From Neoechinorhynchus agilis (Eukaryota > Animalia > Acanthocephala), in the NCBI GenBank assembly GCA_051530055.1, contig CM121342.1, positions 8,571,480-8,635,479 of the forward strand: a stretch of DNA of 64,000 bases, read 5' to 3'. Numbering within the stretch: position 1 is the stretch's first letter; every line of letters begins with the position of its first letter. The position numbers and the translations under genes were made by a program. Below the pieces are notes generated by a model, which was not told the origin of the DNA, did not search any database, and saw only the letters and a list, made by a program, of their open reading frames with translations. Shown here piece after piece: positions 49,682-59,900 of the stretch.

Positions 49682-50879
49682 GTGAGTACGCGATCAAAAT
49701 CGCACGTCATCAAAAAATTAAGTGTTTTCTTTCGTGTTTGCGATACGAAACCGCGCGTCTTCTTCCAATGGTTTAACGTTGGGCAAAAGAAATTCTTGGG
49801 TGCACTTGAGGAGAAAATGCCAAACACGAACGCAATGCACGATGGCGTGGTCCGTTACGACGAAGTTGCATTTGGTCGTAATCGAACTCTTGTAAGACTT
49901 ATCGAATTTAGTGAATCGCATAAAACGTACCAGGGCTGTACTCAGAAAACTCCTCGGTGTAAGGAACGTGCACATTTCGATGAAGAGCTTCAACTAAGAA
50001 TAAATACCCCACCTTGCTGTCGGCGCAATCTTATTTTAACTTATTACGACGTACTGGATGTCCTTGAAAAGTTTAAGTTTTCTTACAGTCTCGAAGGCGG
50101 CAGTGTCTTAGGTGCATATCGAGACAACGGACACATTACGATTGGTGATTTTTTCATTTTTTTAACGAATGGGAAGTGTTCTTAATATAATCTCTTTTGT
50201 ATACTTTTGTAATAATTTTCTTTTATCGGATAGGATTCCGATTACAATTACCAATTTTCTTGAAATCTGCATTCACTTTTATAGTATATGTTAATGGAAA
50301 CTTGAATTTATCTAAAAAAATTTAACTTTTTTCAATCAATTTACTTTTCTTTAGACGATCGCTTGTTATTCGAGAATTTTCGTTTGCTTGCTTAGCATTT
50401 GAATATTGCCATTTTAATTAATTGTTTGTCTCTTTTTTTATCTCAAAGCCAACGAAGAAATCACTTGTATTCCATACGACGATGATATAGATTTTATTGT
50501 TAATTCAACGGAATACGATCGGTTCATGGCGGTAGCGAAACCAATACTTGAACAGGAAAACTTTCGAAAAGTTAGAGATGTTAGAGCAAGAAAGCAGACT
50601 CATATTCAAGTTAGCGATACGAATAGACTTTCGGTTGATATTTTCTGGTTCATCGACAACGGCACTTCAATTAATATTCAGTTCAATTTGCTTAAGTACG
50701 ATAAAAAGATGATATTTCCAACCAAACGGATTGTCTTCGAGAACAGGTCGCCACGAGGTCCAGCGAAGGTGGTGGAATATTTAGAACGAATATACAATAA
50801 TTGGCAGTATCCTCTGGATTGCAGTATTAGAGGAGGCCATAATTGCAAGGGAAAACCCATGTATAGTAATGACCTTTAA
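49682..50879 (+). CDS. LicD/fukutin-family nucleotidyltransferase, copy 1 (N-terminus unresolved)
   Basis: GGSVLGAYRDNGH + IPYDDDIDF across an insert; VDIF; FPTKRIVFEN...YLERIYNNW. Confidence 0.75.
50138..50471 (+). other. Candidate non-canonical insert (334 bp), ATT direct repeat, 12-bp inverted repeat
   Basis: CAC ATT|ACGATTGGTGATTTTTTC ... GAAGAAATCACTTGTATT|CCA TAC. Confidence 0.6.
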
Positions 50880-52285
50880 TGATCAAAAATCGAAGTTTCT
50901 CACTCTCTTTAGTGCGGTGTCATATTCGCGATGTTTTACAATTATTCAAACTTTTGTAAATTCTAATTATAAAGCACACACGAATGCAGCCAAAACTTGA
51001 ACAAGCGGCACGTTAAAAAAATCAATGATAATATTACCGTAGCTAAATTCGGTTTCTCGTTTATTTTTTGCGACGATATGACAGCATAAACAAAAATTCC
51101 TCGGTCACAAATGCCGAAATTTGTTATTATCGTGTAGATGTATTGCACTTCGCTCCTTATTTTTGTAATATTTGCACTTTATTGCTTTTGAAATTTAATT
51201 GGAATTCGCTGTTTTTGTCTGAAGTTGTAATTTAGTTAAAATCAATTTTTTGTCTCGAACTTATCTATCACGAATTCCGCTTGTGCTATTTCTATTCGTC
51301 TAAAAATTAAGGAACAGTATTTGTCGTCAATTTGATTATTTCGCATAATGGGAATTTTTTAGCATGCATTCGAACTAATATAAAGTTTTCAGAATTATTG
51401 TTAAGAAGGCTGCTGATTGTTTTAAAGTTTAATTTTTAAGATCTTCAAATTAGGCGGTATCTTACGTTTAACGGAAACATCTATCCCTTCGTCCATTTTT
51501 ACATTCCGATATTTTGACGAAAGAGAGATCATTGCCGAAATTAGCCAATCAGAGTAAAACGAACTGAGAAAACATTTTCTTTTGAGTCGTTCGTGTTTTC
51601 GTCCAAATCCTGGTTTATATTATTCGGTTAAAAATGCGAACTATAAGTTATTTCGTATTTTACAGATATTTTAACTCTTTAAAACGTACTATTCCTTCTA
51701 ATTGTTTGGAGTACAGCGGTTCACTGATATTTGAGTTTTTTTTAATTTTCGTTGGAGACGAAGAGATAACGAACTCTGACGTTTTAGAGATCGCTGATTA
51801 CGAAGCTCAAGTGTTTGTATTGTTAAAGGAGCTCGAAAAGTCTCCAAATTACTTTAATTTTTTACTGTTTGTTTCTTCACTGGAGTCTATTTAGCCGGTT
51901 CAATTCTTTTTTTGATAAGTAAAATCTTTCTTTTTTGCTGAAAATGCCAATACAAAGGAGAATATGGCGAACGCGAACGCAATACACGACGGCGCATTAG
52001 ATTTATAAGGCTTATAAGCGCTCTTTGGATATGTTATGCATTTATTTGATATTTTTGTTCTTTTAGTTTTGATTTCATTTAATATAGACGAATTTGAAAG
52101 CAAAGCTTACGGATATTCGCTTATCGCCATGAGCCCATAAAACTTTCAAAATCCATTCAAATTTAACGCTTTGTATTACTTTGAACGCTTTATAATGGTT
52201 CATCGAGATTCGTTCTTTATCTTTACGGGCTAACTTAAAGAGCATAGTTTCCGATCCTCAACTAACGACGTCGTAGAAACTCTCA

Positions 52286-53449
52286 ATGATCGTCAATTTC
52301 TTAATTGCCTTCTTATCACTCGAAAGTGCCTGCGGCTACAGGTGGTACTACGACCGAGCCAATTACACTCTCTTCCGTTCAAACAAAAAAGTAGATCTAA
52401 CTAAGCCCAGATTTCAAGCTGTCCGTTACGACGAAGTTGCATTTGGTCGTAATCGAACTCTTGTAAGACTTATCGAATTTAGTGAATCGCATAAAACGTA
52501 CCAGGGCTGTACTCAGAAAACTCCTCGGTGTAAGGAACGTGCACATTTCGATGAAGAGCTTCAACTAAGAATAAATACCCCACCTTGCTGTCGGCGCAAT
52601 CTTGTTTTAACTTATTACGACGTACTGGATGTCCTTGAAAAGTTTAAGTTTTCTTACAGTCTCGAAGGCGGCAGTGTCTTAGGTGCATATCGAGACAACG
52701 GGCACATTACGATTGGTGATTTTTTCATTTTTTAACGAATGAGAAGTGTTCTTAATATAATCTCTTTTGTAATTTCTTGTAATAATTTTCTTTATCGGAT
52801 AGGATTCCGATTACAATTACCAATTTTCTTGAAATCTGCATTCACTTTTATAGTATATGTTAATGGAAACTTGAATTTATCTAAAAAATTTAACTTTCTT
52901 CAACCAATTTACTTTTCTTTAGACGATCGCTTGTTATTCGAGAATTTTCGTTTCTGTTTGCTTAGCATTTGAATATTGCCATTTTAATTAATTGTTTGTC
53001 TCTTTTTTTTATCTCAAAGCCAACGAAGAAATCACTTGTATTCCATACGACGATGATATAGATTTTACGTTAATTCAACGGAATACGATCGGTTCATGGC
53101 GGTAGCGAAACCAATACTTGAACAGGAAAACTTTCGAAAAGTTAGAGATGTTAGAGCAAGAAAGCAGACTCATATTCAAGTTAGCGATACGAATACACTT
53201 TCGGTTGATATTTTCTGGTTCATCGACAACGGCACTTCAATTAATATTCAGTTCAATTTGCTTAAGTACGATAAAAAGATGATATTTCCAACCAAACGGA
53301 TTGTCTTCGAGAACAGGTCGCCACGAGGTCCAGCGAAGGTGGTGGAATATTTAGAACGAATATACAATAATTGGCAGTGTCCTCTGGATTGCGGTATTAG
53401 AGGAGGCCATAATTGCAAGGGAAAACCCATGTATAGTAATGACCTTTAA
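52286..53449 (+). CDS. LicD/fukutin-family nucleotidyltransferase, copy 2, with N-terminal signal peptide
   Basis: MIVNFLIAFLSLESACG leader, then the same catalytic motifs as copy 1; same insert at 52709-53042. Confidence 0.8.
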
Positions 53450-54109
53450 TGATCAAAAATCGAAGTTTCTCACTCTCTTTAGTGCGGTGTCATATTCGCG
53501 ATGTTTTACAATTATTCAAACTTTTGTAAATTCTAATTATAAAGCACACACGAATGCAGCCAAAACTTGAACAAGCGGCACGTTAAAAAATCAATGATAA
53601 TATTACCGTAGCTAAATTCGGTTTCTCGTTTATTTTTTGCGACGATATGACAGCATAAACAAAAATTCCTCGGTCACAAATGCCGAAATTTGTTATTATC
53701 GTGTAGATGTATTGCACTTCGCTCCTTATTTTTGTAATATTTGCACTTTATTGCTTTTGAAATTTAATTGGAATTCGCTGTTTTTATCTGAAGTTGTAAT
53801 TTAGTTAAAATCAATTTTTTATCTCGAACTTATCTATCACGAATTCCGCTTGTGCTATTTCTATTCGTCTAAAAATTTAGAAACAGTATTTGTCGTCAAT
53901 TTGATTATTTCTTCTCCTAATAGGAATTTTTTAGCATGCATTCGAACTAATGTAAAGTTTTCAGAATTATTGTTAAGAAGGCTGCTGATTGTTTTAAAGT
54001 TTAAATTTTAAGATCTTCAAATTAGGCGGTATCTTACGTTTAACGGAAACATCTATCACTTCGTCCATTTTTACATTCCGATATTTTGACGAAAGAGAGA
54101 TCATTGCCG

Positions 54110-55200
54110 AAAAACCCTAACATGAACCAAAAAGATATTATCTCCTATAAATTATCTAAAGCGTCGAAATTATCACATTTTATATTAGAAGTTATAAATT
54201 GGGACTTAGTAGAAATATTATGTATACAGGAAGCAGGAAATGAGATCTTAGTTCAAAGAGACGAATTCATGGAGTTTATTCTGGGACTCAAGGGAGGAGG
54301 TGAAATTAATCCAAATATGGGGTTATCAGGAGGGTTCCAGACATTTATATATAAACAATATTGCCCAAAACTTCTTTTTCAAATAAAAGAAGAGGAATTT
54401 GCAATTCAGATTATACCGATGAATAATTTATTTAAGGAGCGTCTAACGCAGGTAGATAGGATTATACTGTGCAATATTTATATAGCTCCCCGTAAGGTGT
54501 CTTGGTTTAAAAAGAATAAAGAAAGATGGTTGACTGAATGACAGCCTGATATTATTTTAGGAGATTTGAATTCTAATGAGATGTCTTCTTTTTCGCACTG
54601 GAATACAGTATATGATTTTCATTTTCCTCCTAACCCTTCGTTTCATAATTATACGAAACAAGCTCACACGTTTTTAGATGTGATGCTTACTAAAAAAACC
54701 TTAGATCTATCGGTAACGACGAGGGGTCAATTTTTTAAAAACAAATATTTACGTCATGACATGATAATTTTTAGTGTAGGTCAGAGTGATATCCGAATGA
54801 GAACTGATACTAGGAACCCTAAATTGATAAAAAAACTTTAATGAAGAAATCAAAGGTGTTATGATAAATATGGAAAAGATTTCTCTTGAAACTGTCAACA
54901 GGGTCATCTCAGAGGCTGCCAAAAAGCTTTTAACTTTTGTAGGGCATATTAGGCGTAACTTTGTTTCTAAAAGCACAGGAGGAATGTTTCGAATGGCCAG
55001 AATATGCGAGGCTAGAGGGGACGAGGTTGAGAAGAAAATTTAGATGGAGAGGTTATTTAAAGGAAAATACTGGGATGAGATAGATAGGATACAGTTGGCT
55101 CTCAAGATGCGAAAGGGTTTCTGGCAAATTATTCTGGGTCGAAAAAGGGTTGACTGGAAAGTTAAAGCCTCCGGTTAGATAGGGACAATAACATATCCGT
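54110..55200 (+). mobile_element. Degenerate APE-endonuclease non-LTR fragment
   Basis: ILCIQEAG, LCNIYIAP, DIILGDLNS, TFLDVML. Confidence 0.65.
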
Positions 55201-55299
55201 TCGTGATAGAACAAATCCTGTCCTATCACATTTTAGGAGTTTCTTCAATTCCAACTTGGTGGCCGGTTAAAGTGAATTGCCGATGGGAGGTGCCGCATG

Positions 55300-58200
55300 A
55301 ATAAATACTAAATTGCTGGAATGGTAAGGCGTCACTTGCTATGCTTTAAAGCTTACGTTGAGGTCTGGAAAGCGGACTCCGAATTAAAAAGAAATTCGAA
55401 CAATATAAAGATCGCCCCATCAACACCCTCCTATCACACGAGTAAGATTACGGTTTCGGATAACGCCGGACCTCCATCCCAACCCGTCTGTAATGAAGAG
55501 GAGATATGCCAAAGAATCTGATAAAGTCCTACATGAAGTTACTCATCGGATATCAACACTTTTCAACAACCTGCAGAAACAAATCGCTCAAAAAATACAA
55601 AATTTACTCGCCATCACGATTCCGAATGCGATTATAAATCCGACACCGAATAACAATAATCTAGCAGCACCAGATTCGAATAAGGTCAGCGGTAACCCAC
55701 CTGCAACGGCCAATCCATACAGGGGAAAGAGACAACCGACTAAAGCTAGTAAAGCAGGTGGAAAAAACTTTCATCGCTCGATAAATGAAGGAAATAACAA
55801 ACTCATCACTAGCGACTCTGATGCTGTGATGGATGTTGTAGAATGACGATGAGTTGGTCCTCGCCAACGCCGCTTAACCTGCACTGCTTACAATGGAATT
55901 CGGGTGGAGCCGCGGCTCTAAACAGGTTTGATATTTTTACTTACATCACAGAAGATGTTATCTGTATTCAAGAGGCCAAAAAGGCTGCAGTAGGATCCTA
56001 TGTTTTACCACAAGCATTTTTACTAAAATACGATGTTTTCCCAACATTTCCGTTGAATCATTACTGTAGCGGTCTCTTAACAATCTTTAAAAAACATCTT
56101 TCAGCGTCGCTGATCCAAAATTACATTAGTGAAAATCCTTCCTATGCTATTTTTAAAATTCACGCGAACGGAAAGGAGTGTATGCTGATTGGCAACATTT
56201 ACGTACGTCCTAAATTTATCCATAAGAAAGATACGAAGGACATCGTTTGTAAGCTTTGGCAACATCTTTTTGGTGATTTTTACGACCCTACAGGAGAATG
56301 GACCAAAGCTATAGTAAATAGAGAAGGCTCTCATGTATTTTTAACACCCACCCAACCCACATTTCACAGGATATCGAGTAATGTTCACTCTTGGTTGGAT
56401 GGATGCTATGTCCCATCCAACCGACAGGAAAGCATTACAATTGCAAAACAATGCGATTTATCGGAAGCATGCTATCATGATCTGATAACATGGTACTTAT
56501 CCAGCGACAAGTCTTTAAGCCGTAGATTCCGGTTTTCGCCCATTAACGTAGCCTTTTTCAATTTCGCCATTAAACGCTCCCTTCACGAATTTCTGAATCG
56601 CCAGGAATGGAATTCTTTACTTTTTAATCTCTCAAACAAATTTTTGTCTATTCCCAATCATTTTTCAAGAGGAGCAGTTACCTCAAACTATCTTAAATAC
56701 TGTGCATCCCAAATTAAATAAGCTAACTTGCATCAGGATGCTCCCATGCAAAAGTTTTGGTCCAACAAATACTGGACTTGCAATTATAATCTGCATTTGC
56801 AACAACATCGTAGAGTAATGAAGAATCTTTCCTCCTCTACGAAATCCTTTTGGCGGGTTTTGAAGAATTCGAAATTTATCAAATGGAAGGACAAAGCTTC
56901 AAGATGGATCAGATCTTCATCGTATAAGGTGGTATTGTACGACATTTTAGGCAAACTCTCCGTTGGAGCAACAAATGTTTCCCCTACTAATGATTTGCTA
57001 ACCCTCCCACTATTGCGATCATTAAATGAAGGAGATTTGCATATGGATGATATTTTAAAAGCATGGGGAAGTATGATAAAGTTGTCATCAAATAATTTTT
57101 GTGCTTCTAGTAAATGCCTAAGGTATATAGAACCTTCAATCCGACCCCTAATCGCCTCTTGTATGCTTAGAGCATCTAGAGAGGATTGGTTGAGCATTAA
57201 CCTGGCACGGAGAATTCTTCTCGTAAAGCCAAAAAGAAGGTGGTCAATTCCTCCTCAGATCTTAGGCCAATTTCCATTCAGAACGCCCTAGTATCTCTTT
57301 ATGAGAAAGCTCTTGGTTGAGCATTAACCTGGCACGGAGAATTCTTCTCGTAGAAGCCAAAAAGAAGGTGGTCAATTCCTCCTCAGATCTTAGGCCAATT
57401 TCCATTCAGAACGCCCTAGTATCTCTTTATGAGAAAGCTCTTGCCGCCCGTTTGATGGAATTTTGTAGGGAAAAGGACGTTATAAACCGAAACTGCCACG
57501 GTTTTTACCAAGGGAGATCCGTAACTTCTGCAACAAGAGCCATCTATGATTCCCTTAGGTACCAAAATTTTAGGTATCGCTGCCTCATTTCATTCGATTT
57601 TACCGCAGCGTATGACAACATTGATCTTCAATTTTTAATGCGCTACATGGTCCTTCTCAACTTCCCACAAGATATTGTAGTTCGTATCAAAGATATTTTA
57701 GCCACCAAGTCCTTTTATTTTGATGACGACGAGGATCATAAAATCTTTTATCCTAAAAAAGGTTTACCACAGGGCTCCCCACTATCTCCTATTTTATTTC
57801 TAATAGCCATGCAACTTATGGCCAATTTCTATAAGGAAGGTGTCAATATTTTTATATATGCTGACGATATAAGTGCAGTTTTATTTACCAACAACTCCTG
57901 GGAATTACCTATACTACTGAAGGAACTGTTAGCCCATATCAACAAACATGCAGTACTCATGGGCATTGAACTTAACCCTAACAAAACCAATATTATGGCT
58001 GTAGCGGGCAGCGGATATGTAAATAAGAAACTTAATTTAATAATTAAAAATCAATTTTTACATATTTTAGATCAAACCAACATCGTTGGTCATTTACGTT
58101 TTAACAAAATTAAAATTTTAGGATACCGTTTTAACGCAAATTTGAATGAAAAGTAAGATATGAAACTTTTTAAAAGAATTTTAATAACTGCCAAACGTTA

Positions 58201-58453
58201 CTGTACAAGAGCGTTGAGGCTGCAACTAAGCTATAAAAAACAATATTTTATCTGGAAAACATGGGCAATTACTGCCCTAACCCTTTTTAGTCGCGGTCGT
58301 CCACCCGAACAGCGGCCCATTTTCGGTGAGGCCCTGCTACAAAACGCGTCATTCTTAAGACAAAAAAGAGAAAATGGAATCGGTCAAGAGAATGAACTAC
58401 TGGCTGCAACTATAAACAAAATTAACTTAAAATCCCATGTTTCACAACTTTGA
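55300..58453 (+). mobile_element. APE-RT LINE-type element with frameshifts and a 125-bp internal duplication
   Basis: QWNSGG, ICIQEA, GNIYVRP; RT motifs LRPISIQN, DFTAAYDNI, GLPQGSPLSPILF, YADD. 57188-57313 is repeated at 57317-57441. Confidence 0.85.
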
Positions 58454-58459
58454 GCGCTA

Positions 58460-59400
58460 TCACGTGTGCTTATAATATATATTTGTTGTTGTTGAACTAA
58501 TATCCGTGTTGCGAACAACTGATGATTCGTGCTCCTTCATCCGTCGGGTGAAATCGTTGGTCTGCCCCACATAGACCTGTTCGCAACCGGAGCACGGAAT
58601 TTTGTAGACCGCACCAGATGACTGTTGGCCATTCTTGGGACATATCAATCCGTGTAGAGTGCGTCCCCTCTTTGTGTATACATTTACTCTCTTGGCCTCA
58701 CATCCTGATTTTATGATGCGCTCCATAGCAAGATAAGAATGATCATCAGGGAATGGCAGTTCAACGTAGATCTCTTCCTTTTTAGACTTTGTCTCCCCAT
58801 TGAAGGTTCGACAAGATGGAGAGGATAACCATATCGACCTGATATGTACTTTAGGTAACCAATCTCCTCGTTACACAACTTGGCGTTGCTACAATGTGTA
58901 AGAGCACGGTGGATGAGTGACCTAATCCTCGAAATTTTGTATTTGCGAGGTTGGGCTGATGTCCATGGCACAAGGCCCACTGGTATACCTCTCTTTCGGT
59001 ACACCCTGGTCGTGTAGTTTCCACTGGCTAATCGGTATATCCACACATCCAGGAACGGAAACTTACCATGGTCCTCCTCCTCGATCGTCCACTGAATATT
59101 GTCGTCCCTTCCATTCAGTTCATGTTTAAGGCAATTCATATTAGTCTCTGAAGGTTGGATCAACAGGAACGTGTCGTCCACATATCTGAACCAGATATTA
59201 ACCCTCTGTATCGATGGCAAATGTTCGTCCTTCCAGTGCCGCATATACAGCTCAGCAAGCACAGGGGCTAACGGGCTGCCCATGGCTACTCCATCTTTCT
59301 GGTCATAGTCGATGCTGTTGAACTGGAAGTTGAAGGAAACCCAAAAAGAAAATTGAATCTCCATCCCTCTAATATCGATGCTTGAACGGGTAACTAATAG
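58460..59400 (-). mobile_element. Penelope-like element (RT plus GIY-YIG), partial
   Basis: GVAMGSPLAPVLAELYM, WFRYVDDTF, FLDVWI; AVYKIPCSGCEQVYVGQT. Confidence 0.9.
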
Positions 59401-59900
59401 GTTGTTAATGAATCACTTGCTTAAATATAATCTTATACCTGACTTCTTTCATGGATTCATTCCTGGAAGGGGAGTAAATACCTTACTGAATGAGCTGCAT
59501 CGAAATGTGCCGTTGGTTGGCTGAGTGGTTGGGACTGATTAGGTGGGAAGGGCGCTTCATATTGATTAAATTGATGGATCGGATGCTGTTGACTCATTGG
59601 GTTGTAGCGATTCGGCTGTCTTGTTTGATATAATCGCTGATTTTGGAGCATTGGATTCAGTATATTCTTCGATTGCCAGACATGGTTCGACCTTTGAGGT
59701 TGGTTTGTTGTAAATGTCGGCTCCAATTGAGTGGGTCGACCGATCGGTTTTGGTGACTAAACAAAAATTGTTGTTTTTCAAAGCCGATGACGTATATTCA
59801 TTTCGTAGGATCTGGAAGAATTCTGATCGGTAAAGCGATATAGCTTGATACATGAAAACAAAGTTAGAGCTTGATGACGACATATAGATCGTCTTTCATA

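Larger units (their letters stand above)
49850..54112. repeat. Direct segmental duplication of about 1.7 kb (about 49850-51540 and about 52420-54112)
   Basis: Near-identical sequence from gtccgttacgac to tcattgccgaaa. Confidence 0.88.

Noticed and set aside
51634-52103. Small ORFs between the LicD copies
   Set aside because: Short, no recognisable motif, and partly a paralogous remnant of the LicD upstream region; not supportable as genes.
49682-53449. Bacterial contamination or recent horizontal transfer of licD
   Set aside because: The genes have a signal peptide, AT-rich eukaryotic flanks and an intron-like insert, and LicD-domain proteins (fukutin/FKRP-like) are native to animals; origin cannot be judged without a tree.
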